From contig CAXBME010000004.1 of NCBI GenBank assembly GCA_963976765.1, positions 248,001 to 312,000 on the forward strand: a stretch of DNA of 64,000 nt. Direction: 5' to 3'. Below, one piece after another: positions 38,364 through 47,808 of this stretch. The position numbers and the translations under genes are program-made. The notes beneath the pieces are model-generated. The model searched no databases, was not told the DNA's origin, and saw only the letters and a list, made by a program, of their open reading frames with translations. Each line of letters begins with the position of its first letter. The first letter of the stretch is position 1. This stretch comes from an uncultured Planctomycetaceae bacterium (GTDB lineage: Bacteria; Planctomycetota; Planctomycetia; Planctomycetales; Planctomycetaceae).

Positions 38364-39908
38364 CTATCGAGCGTGTTCGACGGCTTTGGTTTCCCGCAGG
38401 ACGACGACTTTGACTTCACCAGGGTAGGTGAGGTTTTCTTCGATTGCCTTGGCACATTCCTTGGCAAGCTTGGCGGATTCGCGGTCGTTGATTCGGTTTG
38501 AGTCGACGATGATGCGGATCTCACGACCGGCCTGGACGGCGAAGGCGTGGTTGACTCCAGGGAAGCCGCAGGCGATGGCTTCGAGATCTTCCAGACGTTT
38601 GACGTAGCGTTCGAGATTTTCACGGCGAGCGCCCGGTCGGGAAGCTGACGCAGCGTCGGCGGCGGCAACCAGCACCGTGTAGATGAACTCAGGCCGGATA
38701 TCGTCGTGGTGGCCGGCGGCCGCGTGGACGACTTCTTCGCCTTCGTGGTAACGCTTGAGAAGTTCTGCTCCGACAGCCGGATGTCCGCCTTCCATTTCGT
38801 GGTCGGCCGCTTTTCCGATGTCGTGAAGAAATCCGCAGCGTCGTCCGAGCGTCGAATCAAGTCCGACCTGCTCACACAACAAGCCCGTGATGTGTGAAAC
38901 TTCAATCGAATGTCGCAGCACGTTCTGGCTGTAACTGGTTCGGAACTGAAGTCGCCCCATCAAATACACGAGCTTTTCGTGCAGCCCGACAATGTTCGCT
39001 TCATGACAGGCTTCCAGCCCCAGCTTGCGAATGTGGGCGTCCATTTCCTTTTCGGTTTCCGCAACGACTTCTTCAATCCGCGTCGGATGGATTCGCCCAT
39101 CTTCGATCAGCTTGATCAGCGACAGCCGAGCGATTTCGCGACGCACTTTGTCGAACGCCGAAACCACCACAACACCTGGCGTGTCGTCGACGATGACGTC
39201 CACTCCGGCGATCTTTTCGAAGGCTCGAATGTTGCGGCCTTCGCGGCCGATAATGCGACCTTTCATTTCGTCGTTCGGGATGTCGACAGTCGAGACGGTC
39301 ATCTCTGACGTCTGAGCCGACGCGATTCTCTGAATGGCCATGCCGAGGATTTCGCGAGACAGCTCTTCCTGCCGGTTCTTCAGTTCGCTTTCGTATTTCA
39401 GGATCAGGCCGCCGGTCTCGTCCTTCAACTGACGATCAAGCCGGTCCAGCAGCATATCCTTCGCCTGTTCAGGGCTCAGACTGCTGATGTGAAACAGCTT
39501 GTCCTGTTCTTCCGCAAGAAGTCGTTCGAGTTCCTTTTCCTTAACTTCCATCGCCTTGCTGCGAGTGATCAGCTTCTGCTGTTGCCCCTCGATCATCTTT
39601 TCACGTTTGACGAATTCTTCGTCGCGGTCGTCAAGCGAACCTTCACGTTTGTCGAGTTCTCGTTCCCGCTGATGCAGTCCTTCGCGGGTCTGATTAAGCG
39701 AGGCTTCCATCTCCTCACGTTTCTTCAGCAGTTCTTCCCGGGCCTTCAATTCTTCGTCGCGTTTGACTGTTTCCGCGTCCCGCCTGGCCTGTTCGAGGAT
39801 CTGATCCCGGTCCTGGTACGAGGCGCCACGTCGAATTCGTTCGAAGAAGAATCCGACAGCACCTCCACCGGCGAGACCAACTACGGCGCCGATGAGCATA
39901 TCATTCAT
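38364..39908 (-). CDS. rny: Ribonuclease Y
   Basis: N-terminal TM, coiled coil, KH motif [16 protein letters not shown] domain [23 protein letters not shown]. Confidence 0.97.
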   Translation of the reverse strand: MNDMLIGAVVGLAGGGAVGFFFERIRRGASYQDRDQILEQARRDAETVKRDEELKAREELLKKREEMEASLNQTREGLHQRERELDKREGSLDDRDEEFVKREKMIEGQQQKLITRSKAMEVKEKELERLLAEEQDKLFHISSLSPEQAKDMLLDRLDRQLKDETGGLILKYESELKNRQEELSREILGMAIQRIASAQTSEMTVSTVDIPNDEMKGRIIGREGRNIRAFEKIAGVDVIVDDTPGVVVVSAFDKVRREIARLSLIKLIEDGRIHPTRIEEVVAETEKEMDAHIRKLGLEACHEANIVGLHEKLVYLMGRLQFRTSYSQNVLRHSIEVSHITGLLCEQVGLDSTLGRRCGFLHDIGKAADHEMEGGHPAVGAELLKRYHEGEEVVHAAAGHHDDIRPEFIYTVLVAAADAASASRPGARRENLERYVKRLEDLEAIACGFPGVNHAFAVQAGREIRIIVDSNRINDRESAKLAKECAKAIEENLTYPGEVKVVVLRETKAVEHAR

Positions 39909-40148
39909 GAGCTGCGTCCTTATGCCGACCCTGTTGACGCAGCCGCTCTAACTGCCGGCCAGGGGCCGAATCAGCCGGACAGAGAATTCCGGTAACAACG
40001 TCGCGAAAGAGCGAACGCCGCCACGATGGAATCCGGCACACAAAGCTCCACCCGTCCGTCCAGAAAACTCGCCACCACTCACGGGTGACGATCAGGCTGG
40101 GAGACGCGTATCAGAAAACGGAGCTGAGCAGTTCGGGAAGAGTCAGAG

Positions 40149-40415
40149 TTATCGCTGTGCGTGCGCGGGCAAAACTCCGAAACGCCCACCAGGTGGTGCG
40201 TCAGGAGACCCTCGTCGGGCTTCGCGAAGATACCGCAGTTCGATAGCCACTGACTGAGGAATCTGACCGATCTGCGAAATTCGAACAGTCGTCACTCCGG
40301 TCGCAAAGACAGGAACAACTCGAATTCGCATTGGCCGCTCAACGAGCAGCCAGGCTGTCAGAATCGCCAGCAGAGCCAACAGGATCGGCATCACTGTCTG
40401 AAAAGAAACCAGCAT
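40149..40415 (-). CDS. Small hypothetical membrane protein upstream of rny
   Basis: 88-aa ORF with one hydrophobic helix, co-oriented with rny; unverified. Confidence 0.4.
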   Translation of the reverse strand: MLVSFQTVMPILLALLAILTAWLLVERPMRIRVVPVFATGVTTVRISQIGQIPQSVAIELRYLREARRGSPDAPPGGRFGVLPAHAQR

Positions 40416-40774
40416 GGGTAAGGCACGGCCTCAAATACTTCCACACGTCCGAGCTGATTTCAAAAGCGAAATTCGAACGGACAGACTTGCACAGCCACCG
40501 TTTCCTCGAAGGTGCTTTTTGTACCGAGAGGCTACGGTTGTCGTTCCTGCCGCTCAAAAAAGAGATGAATCTGGAAGGACTCGATCGAATTCGAGAGAGA
40601 CAGGGCGGGCAATCCTAACAAAGGCCATCGGTCGATCAAGCGACGGTCCGAGCCGGCCACATCCGAAGCTGGTGTCCAGATGCGGCACCTGAAACAGCCG
40701 GACCGACCGTTACTTTCGGACGCCATTCCTGCCTTCCCAATCGGACTGGTTCCTACGTTGCCAGCCTGACTGGA

Positions 40775-40877
40775 TTCCTACGCTCCAGCGTGGAAACCAC
40801 CACTTGTGGCGCTCCGCGTCAGGTCACACCGGGGACGCGGAGCGTCCGATACATCGCTCCCACACAGAGCGTAGGAA
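40775..40877. repeat. REP/REPIN-like nested palindrome
   Basis: Outer arms TTCCTACGCTC / GAGCGTAGGAA; inner arms CGCTCCGCGTC / GACGCGGAGCG. Confidence 0.8.
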
Positions 40878-40914
40878 CGGGCCAGCAAAGCGTGGGAACA
40901 AGTGGTTATTCAGT

Positions 40915-41931
40915 TCAGGCAGGGATCAGGCCAGTGGTTTCCGGGAAGCCGGCCATCAGATTGAAATTCTGCACGGCGACTCCGGATGCACCCTTGATCA
41001 GATTGTCGAGTGTCGACAGGATCGTGATCACACCTTTGGTCCGGCGGACGGTGATGTGGCAGTAGTTGGTCTCGGTGACGTGCTTTGTCGCCGGCAGGTG
41101 ATCAACGATCTGCACGAACGGCTTGCCCTGGTAGAACTCACGCATCACAGCGAGCAGGTCGGCGTCGGAAGCGTTAGTCGTGGGGCGAGCATAAATCGTC
41201 GCCAGGATCCCTCGATCCATCGGCACCAGATGCGGAGTAAACACGACGTTAACGTTGTCGCCGCAGATCGTCGTAAGCACCTGCTCGATCTCCGGCATGT
41301 GGCGATGTCCGCCGACTCCGTACGCCGAAATGCTTTCGTTGCACTCAGCGTAGAGCATCCCCAGCTTTGGCGTTCGGCCCGCTCCTGAGACGCCGCTCTT
41401 GGCGTCAATGATAATTCCAGTTGGTTCAACCAGCCTGTTCGCCAGCAGCGGGGCCAGTGCCAGGATCGACGTACTTGTGTAGCAGCCCGGATTTGCAATG
41501 AGGTCTTTGTCCGCGATCTTGTCACCGAAGATTTCCGGAAGCCCGTAAACGGTCGGACCGAGACGATCCGGGTCCGAATGTTCAAGCCCGTACCAGGTTT
41601 TGTAAACGTCCTTGTCATTGAGTCGGTAATCGGCCGACAGATCAACAACTCGCACGCCGAGGTCAAGCAACTGAGGAATGATCGACGTGCTGGCTCCGTG
41701 AGGCAGGCAGCAGAAGCAGAAGTCAGCCCGCTCAGCGATTTGCACAGGAGTCAGGTCTTCGCACTTCAGATCCAGCCGACCAGTCAGCGACGGATGAATC
41801 GACGCGATCGATGGCGAACCATCCTGCCGGGTCGTAGCAGCCGTGATCTGAACTTCCGGATTTCGCAGCAGAATTCGAATTAATTCAACAGCGGTGTAGC
41901 CGGTGGCTCCGGCGATGGCGACTCGGATCAT
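40915..41931 (-). CDS. argC: N-acetyl-gamma-glutamyl-phosphate reductase
   Basis: [45 protein letters not shown]. Confidence 0.97.
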   Translation of the reverse strand: MIRVAIAGATGYTAVELIRILLRNPEVQITAATTRQDGSPSIASIHPSLTGRLDLKCEDLTPVQIAERADFCFCCLPHGASTSIIPQLLDLGVRVVDLSADYRLNDKDVYKTWYGLEHSDPDRLGPTVYGLPEIFGDKIADKDLIANPGCYTSTSILALAPLLANRLVEPTGIIIDAKSGVSGAGRTPKLGMLYAECNESISAYGVGGHRHMPEIEQVLTTICGDNVNVVFTPHLVPMDRGILATIYARPTTNASDADLLAVMREFYQGKPFVQIVDHLPATKHVTETNYCHITVRRTKGVITILSTLDNLIKGASGVAVQNFNLMAGFPETTGLIPA

Positions 41932-42003
41932 GATGAAGACTCGTCGTGAAACATGTAAGGATTGTCTGAAACTGCCGAAAACTCTATCGGCGACCGACTG
42001 AAG

Positions 42004-42092
42004 TGTGCCACTGGCTCCGCCAGCGTTTCCGTACTTTGAGTCCTGCCGGAAGCAACTTTCGAGACAAAGTCACTGGTAGAGCCAGTGGCACA
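42004..42092. repeat. REP/REPIN-like inverted pair
   Basis: TGTGCCACTGGCTCCGCCAGCG (42004-42025) ... CACTGGTAGAGCCAGTGGCACA (42071-42092). Confidence 0.82.
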
Positions 42093-42115
42093 TGAGAGCT
42101 TGTAGAATCTGAAGT

Positions 42116-42511
42116 TCAGTCAGCTCGCCATGCTCGAAACGTGAAGCCCGGTTCGTCGGAATTGTCGAGCGGAAAACTGCTCAGCACTTGCGACCGAGCC
42201 AGGTCACTGTAAATGTCACGGGCAATTCCGTTAACGGCAACTTCGTCGAGGCGACCATCCGTGTATCGTCGCATGATCAACCCGAATAGATAAGCCGCTT
42301 CGGGCGGAGGTTCGCGAGCTTCGGGTTCGTCGGTTGGCCGGTTGCTTGTCTCCGTCGTATTGTTCGCAGATTTCTCTGCAGATTGAGACTTCGGAGCAGT
42401 TTTCTGCGGAGCGACGTCCTGACCGATCCCGGTCGACTGATCTGCCGCCAAAGCCGCACCGCCAGCCAGGGCTAAAGTAAACTCACGGCGGGTAACGGCG
42501 GAATCAGTCAT
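42116..42511 (-). CDS. Hypothetical protein with Tat-like signal
   Basis: TRREFTLALAGGAALAA; GAGG RBS before ATG 42511; C-terminal FPLDNSDEP. Confidence 0.7.
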   Translation of the reverse strand: MTDSAVTRREFTLALAGGAALAADQSTGIGQDVAPQKTAPKSQSAEKSANNTTETSNRPTDEPEAREPPPEAAYLFGLIMRRYTDGRLDEVAVNGIARDIYSDLARSQVLSSFPLDNSDEPGFTFRAWRAD

Positions 42512-42686
42512 GTTCGTTTCCTCGAAAACTGGCTCAACAATCATGAACGCTGAGACGTAGGCGGGCAGTGTGTCAATTCGTTGAAAACAGTGCGAGTCCA
42601 CAACTTGCCTTCGGCGGGAAGTCGCTCATACTGCGACACTGAAAATCGCTCACCACGCAAACAGCTTTACCATAGGAGAATTCACG

Positions 42687-43388
42687 ATGTTATTCCGACG
42701 AAGCTTTGAACTGGCAATGACCGCAGCATTTGCACTCGTCCTCGCGGGGTGCACTGACGGCAATTCCGAATTCACCGAAGTCAGCCATGACGAGTCGGAA
42801 GTCGCTCACGACGACCACAGCGGCCACGGTCACGGGGCTCACGGCCCGAACGGCGGCGAGATCGTTGAAGTCGGCAACGAAGAGTTTCATGCCGAAGTCG
42901 TTGTCGATGAAGAAACGCATCGCATCGACGTTTTCGTTCTGGGATCCGACGCAAAAACCGCAAAACCCATCGACGCGACAGAGATTTCGCTCAGCTTCAA
43001 ACACGGTGAAGAAGTCGAAAACTTCAAGCTGAGCGCCGCTGCACTTGACGGCGAACCAGAAGGTCAATCATCGAAGTTCACGTTGACCAGCGAAGAACTC
43101 TTCGAAGAACTGCACGAGCATTCCGAGGGCGCGACTCTGAGTTTCACCGCTGGCGGAGAATCATTGTCCGGCACCGTCACGCACGCTCACGATCACGGCG
43201 ATGAGCACTCGCATGATCATGGGCACGCTCACGGTGACGACGACGCTCATCACGAAGACCACCCCAAAGGTGACAAAGCCGGAGCGGGGCACAAGCATGA
43301 CAAAGATGGCGAAGAACACGACGAAAAAGTGGAACCAGCCGAAACCACCAAAGAGGCTGGCACGGAAGATAAACCTGCAAAAGAGTAA
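42687..43388 (+). CDS. His-rich lipoprotein (putative metal-binding)
   Basis: Lipobox LAGC, GGAG RBS, HGPNGGEIVEVG..FHAE core, two His/Asp-rich tracts. Confidence 0.8.
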   Translation: MLFRRSFELAMTAAFALVLAGCTDGNSEFTEVSHDESEVAHDDHSGHGHGAHGPNGGEIVEVGNEEFHAEVVVDEETHRIDVFVLGSDAKTAKPIDATEISLSFKHGEEVENFKLSAAALDGEPEGQSSKFTLTSEELFEELHEHSEGATLSFTAGGESLSGTVTHAHDHGDEHSHDHGHAHGDDDAHHEDHPKGDKAGAGHKHDKDGEEHDEKVEPAETTKEAGTEDKPAKE

Positions 43389-43607
43389 AGACGACTCACC
43401 CGAGCAGAGCCTTATTTCAGAGCCGAGCGGCGATTGGCTGTTCGGCTCTGACACTTTTTTGACCACCGACATCCTGGCACCGACAGACCAGTGAACCGAG
43501 AATTCCGGCCAGTGCTCAACGATCCGTAGACTGAAACGGCGCGGAGTTTGTTCGAGCTTACAGAAAACTATTCAGTGTCTTCGGAACTGACTTTGGAGCG
43601 ACACACG

Positions 43608-44747
43608 ATGAAAAAATTCTCGTCTGAACTGCGAGTTTCCAGCCTGGTCGTTTTTCTCGTCACGGCAATTTTTGCTCATCCGCACGTGTCGCATTCGGTC
43701 TTTGCCGAAGACAATGTTTCTGCCAGCCCGTCACTGAAAGACGTTCAAGCCAGGGCCGTCCGCTTTCTCAAGCTGACTCAGTCGGCAGACGGAACCTGGA
43801 CGACGGCCAACGTGCCGGGTATCACGGCGTTGTGCGTTACGTCGCTGCTGCAAAGCGGAGTGCCAGCCGACGACCCAACGGTCGAGCGTGGTTTGAAGTT
43901 TCTGACGAGCCTGGTTCGGGACGACGGCGGAATCTACCACCCACAGACTCAACACCGGAACTACGAAACAAGCATCTCCGTTCTCGCACTTTCGGCGGCC
44001 AACACAAACGGCAAATACGACAGTGTTATTCGCGATGCCGAGAAGTTTCTGCGAGGCCTGCAATGGGACGAAGACGAAGAGCAGAAACCCGAAGACCCTG
44101 GCTACGGCGGAGCCGGATACGGCAGTCACCAGAGGCCAGACCTCTCGAACACACAATTTCTGCTTGAAGCCTTGAAAGCAGCTGGCGTCAAAGCTGACGA
44201 CCCGGCCATGCAGAAGGCGCTGACTTTCGTTTCTCGATGCCAGAACCTCGAAACCGAACACAACAACACACCCTTCGCCGCCAGGATCGACGACGGCGGC
44301 TTCTACTACACACCAGCCGCCGGCGGAACATCTCAGGCTGGAGTCGACGCCAACGGCGGACTGCGATCTTACGCCAGTATGACCTACGCCGGTCTGAAGA
44401 GCATGATCTACGCAGGCGTCAAAAAGGAGGACCCACGAGTCAAGGCGGCGCTGACCTGGATCACGAAACACTACTCGCTCAAAGACAATCCCGGCATGGG
44501 CAAGCAGGGGCTTTACTATTACTACCACACCTTTGCGAAAACACTGTCAGTGCTCGAAATTAACGAACTGAAAGACGCATCAGGAACGTCCCACAATTGG
44601 CGAAACGAACTCGTCGAGACGCTCGCTCAGCAGCAGAAGGCCAACGGAAGCTGGACCAATGAAGCCGATCGCTGGTACGAAGGCGATCCGAATCTCGTGA
44701 CGGCGTACGGCCTGCTGGCGCTGTCGCATTGCGAACTCGCGAAGTGA
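43608..44747 (+). CDS. Prenyltransferase/squalene-cyclase repeat protein, secreted
   Basis: QW-type repeats (QSADGTW, QKANGSW, DDGGFYY), RPDLSNT; signal peptide. Confidence 0.85.
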   Translation: MKKFSSELRVSSLVVFLVTAIFAHPHVSHSVFAEDNVSASPSLKDVQARAVRFLKLTQSADGTWTTANVPGITALCVTSLLQSGVPADDPTVERGLKFLTSLVRDDGGIYHPQTQHRNYETSISVLALSAANTNGKYDSVIRDAEKFLRGLQWDEDEEQKPEDPGYGGAGYGSHQRPDLSNTQFLLEALKAAGVKADDPAMQKALTFVSRCQNLETEHNNTPFAARIDDGGFYYTPAAGGTSQAGVDANGGLRSYASMTYAGLKSMIYAGVKKEDPRVKAALTWITKHYSLKDNPGMGKQGLYYYYHTFAKTLSVLEINELKDASGTSHNWRNELVETLAQQQKANGSWTNEADRWYEGDPNLVTAYGLLALSHCELAK

Positions 44748-44831
44748 GCAGGTCATAGATGCGTTGAAGACTGGAAGAGGCGAGCCGACCTGTCGACTTT
44801 TACCCTTACGATCTGGAAACGGTCTGACTGG

Positions 44832-46094
44832 ATGTCTCTTCTTCCTCTTCAACTACCAGCAATTCAGAACTGGAGCTGCCACAACTGCTCCGGCTGTTGT
44901 CGGCAACACCTGATCGAAATTACGGAAGAAGAACGACAGCGGATTCTTGATCAGAAATGGACAACGGAAGACGGCATACCCGACCGCCCGGTCGTTGTGC
45001 CTCATCGCGGTTCGCTGTTTAAGAAGAGCTGGCGGTTGGCCCACGGTTCTGACGGCGGTTGCGTCTTCCTTGGCGATGACGGCCTGTGCCGAATTCATGC
45101 AAAGTTCGGGGAAGCCGCGAAGCCGCTCGCCTGCCGAATCTATCCCTACGCACTGCATCCGGCCGGCAAAAAAGTAACCGTCAGCCTGAGATTCAGTTGC
45201 CCGTCGGTTGTTGCGAATCTCGGAAAACCGGTGTCTGAATGTCGCGACGAGCTGAAGGAAATTGAACGCCTCGTCGTACCGGCAAACGCCGACAGAGTTC
45301 CGCCGCCTCGCATCAGCAATCGTGAACAACTCGACTGGCCCGACACGCTGAAGATTGTCAACGCTCTGCACGACCTTGTGACTCAGGACGAAGAAGTCGG
45401 CATCATCGAGCGGCTGTACCGAGGACTGTTTGTCGCGGGTTTGATTGGCGAGGCGAAATTCAACCTGATCCGCGGAGCTCGACTTGGAGACTTCCTGGAA
45501 ATAATCGGCGAAGCGGCATCCGGCGAAGAAGTGCCCGAGCCGACTCAACCCGCCGGCGTCATGCAGATGCAGTTCCGGCTGCTGGTCGCTCATTACGCAA
45601 GAAAAGACACCGTTGCGGATCTCGATGCAGGACTGGCTGGTCGCTGGAAGTTGTTTCGTGCGGCGACAAAATTTGCAGCCGGACGGGGAACGGCGACGCC
45701 GCTGCAGGACTGCTTCAAGGAAGTCCCGTTCGAGGCGATGGAACAGCCGTTTGGCGAGCTGCCGGACGAGTTTGAAGAAATTCTCGCACGATACTTAAGT
45801 GTGAAGTTACAGGGACTCCACTTTTGCGGGCCGGCGTACTATGGCATTCCCCTGGTCGAGGGGTTTCGAAGTCTTGTTCTTATTGTCGCGGCGATGTGCT
45901 GGATCGCGAAGTGGATCGCCGCCAGCGACGGGCGATCAGAATGGACGACCGAAGACCTCAGCAAGGCTATGACGATCGCCGACCACCATCATGGATACTC
46001 GCCAGTTTTTGGCAGCGGCGGGTTTCGACGGCGAGTCAACATGCTCGCGAAGACGGACGATCTGACGCGTATTCTGCTGTGGCACACAAGGTAG
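44832..46094 (+). CDS. YkgJ/FliB-like cysteine-cluster protein
   Basis: CHNCSGCC, CVFL...GLCRIH, KPLACRIYP, SCP. Confidence 0.85.
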   Translation: MSLLPLQLPAIQNWSCHNCSGCCRQHLIEITEEERQRILDQKWTTEDGIPDRPVVVPHRGSLFKKSWRLAHGSDGGCVFLGDDGLCRIHAKFGEAAKPLACRIYPYALHPAGKKVTVSLRFSCPSVVANLGKPVSECRDELKEIERLVVPANADRVPPPRISNREQLDWPDTLKIVNALHDLVTQDEEVGIIERLYRGLFVAGLIGEAKFNLIRGARLGDFLEIIGEAASGEEVPEPTQPAGVMQMQFRLLVAHYARKDTVADLDAGLAGRWKLFRAATKFAAGRGTATPLQDCFKEVPFEAMEQPFGELPDEFEEILARYLSVKLQGLHFCGPAYYGIPLVEGFRSLVLIVAAMCWIAKWIAASDGRSEWTTEDLSKAMTIADHHHGYSPVFGSGGFRRRVNMLAKTDDLTRILLWHTR

Positions 46095-46098
46095 GCGG

Positions 46099-46740
46099 CT
46101 ACGAATCCCTGGCAATGAGTTCGGGCAGCGAGACGTCGGTCAGTCGAGCGTCCTTCGCAGCGGCTTTCAGTTTCGACACGACAAAGTATTTGTGGTTGGC
46201 GACAGCCTGCTCAGAGATTGCCATAAAAGTCGCGACGTCGCGATTGGGCCAGCCGAGCACAAACAACAGTTCGGCGCATCGCAGCCGCTCAAATTCGCCG
46301 CTGCTTAACCACTGCTCAATCAACCCGGACAGGCAGCGTCCGACGACCGTCTGTTCGGCCGTCCGATCTTCGCGGCTCCGCATCATGCTGGACGCTCGCC
46401 GCGCGCTGCCAGCCGGCTCTGAAACTGTCGCCCCATCATTCGTCGGAGCAAACAGCGGGACAGTCGGTCGTCGCCCCTGTCGGCGGAGGACGTCGGTCAG
46501 CTTGTGAGCAGCGATGGCAAACAGGAATGATTCGACAGGCGTCGCCTCATCGTAGTTCGGCAGACTGGTGAGAAATCCGATGAACGTTTCCTGGACGATG
46601 TCTTCGCTCAAACTCTTATTGGCCAGCCGGGCGTTTGCAAACGCCAGCAGCCGACCTTCATAGCGAGCAATGAACTGCTGCCAAGCCTCAGAGTTTCCGT
46701 CTCGGACTTGCCGAAGCATTAACTGGTCAGCCTGGCTCAC
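46099..46740 (-). CDS. ECF-type RNA polymerase sigma-70 factor
   Basis: AWQQFIARYEGRL, EDIVQETF, FLFAIAAHKLTDVLRR; region 4 HTH NRDVATFMAISEQAVAN; GTG start. Confidence 0.9.
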   Translation of the reverse strand: MSQADQLMLRQVRDGNSEAWQQFIARYEGRLLAFANARLANKSLSEDIVQETFIGFLTSLPNYDEATPVESFLFAIAAHKLTDVLRRQGRRPTVPLFAPTNDGATVSEPAGSARRASSMMRSREDRTAEQTVVGRCLSGLIEQWLSSGEFERLRCAELLFVLGWPNRDVATFMAISEQAVANHKYFVVSKLKAAAKDARLTDVSLPELIARDS

Positions 46741-46773
46741 GCTTGAAGTTTCCCGTCATACGATGTCGATGCG

Positions 46774-47718
46774 TCAGGCGACAAACATTAGCCCAACCAG
46801 TCCCAACCCCGCAAAGGCGAGAGCTGTCATGATGGCTCGGCCACGACTGCCTGCGGTGGCTGAGACGGCCCGCAGGCCCGCCGAGACAACTCCAAGGAGA
46901 GCTGCCAGCACGCCAAATCCAATCCCGTACTGCATCGCCCGATTACCAGCGAACGTACTCTTCCAGGCTTCGATGACCGGCTCACGAGTTTCGGCAGAAT
47001 CCAGGTATTGCAGATAGACCCGGTACATCGGTTCTTCGTAGGCGCCGAAACTGTGCATTCGCTTTTCAACATGGACCTGCTGCATTGAAGCATTCCGGAA
47101 GATGTTTTCGGGCATGGGCTGAACGGCGAGATCGCTGTAGGTTTCTGCAAGCCGCGATCTGAACTTGCCGAGAGCATTCTTCATCGCCTCAGACATGGCT
47201 TCATCCTGCGTCGAATACAAACCGCTCGTTTCGACGAAGAGAACGCGAGGAACCTCTCCGGTGGCGAGCACGGTTTGCTCATGCTTTGTCCATGAGGGGA
47301 GCCGCTTTGGATTTTCACTGGTTGAGTCAGAGTCGTCGCTGGCGGCAGCAAAGCCGGCTTCGAACAATGAGGATTCAGCGGTAAAAGCGGGAAGCGGCTG
47401 GCCAGTACCAGGTTCATGTCTTGCGGAAACCGGGCCACGAGGTTCGGCTATTTGGTACGGCATAACAGTCAAGGTCCCAACTAACACCACGCCAACCACC
47501 AATAGTCCCAAACCCAGCAGTACTGGAACGAGCGCACTACGAGGATGCGAAACATGAGCTCCTGCTTTTTCTGCGTGATGGGCACGATGCGCGCGTCCCG
47601 TGAACGCTCGCAGGATCATCGCGAGTACGAACAGAAGCCCGAGTCCGACCGCACCAAACACGAGCAGTCCCATTAGCGACAAGTGTGCGGTGATTTCAAC
47701 GGGGGGCGCTTCATGCAT
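46774..47718 (-). CDS. Hypothetical membrane protein (about 4 TM with a large extracytoplasmic loop)
   Basis: Two N-terminal and two C-terminal hydrophobic helices; GGAG RBS; co-oriented between kinase and sigma. Confidence 0.75.
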   Translation of the reverse strand: MHEAPPVEITAHLSLMGLLVFGAVGLGLLFVLAMILRAFTGRAHRAHHAEKAGAHVSHPRSALVPVLLGLGLLVVGVVLVGTLTVMPYQIAEPRGPVSARHEPGTGQPLPAFTAESSLFEAGFAAASDDSDSTSENPKRLPSWTKHEQTVLATGEVPRVLFVETSGLYSTQDEAMSEAMKNALGKFRSRLAETYSDLAVQPMPENIFRNASMQQVHVEKRMHSFGAYEEPMYRVYLQYLDSAETREPVIEAWKSTFAGNRAMQYGIGFGVLAALLGVVSAGLRAVSATAGSRGRAIMTALAFAGLGLVGLMFVA

Positions 47719-47808
47719 GATCTACTCCAGTCGGAGTTATGTTCTCAGAAGTTTGAAAAACTCAGAAGTTGAGGTGTTTTCGGATTCAAAGTGACACTCT
47801 GCGAGCAC

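Noticed and set aside
43608..44747. Calling this gene shc (squalene-hopene cyclase)
   Set aside because: It is about half the expected length, has a signal peptide and lacks DxDD.
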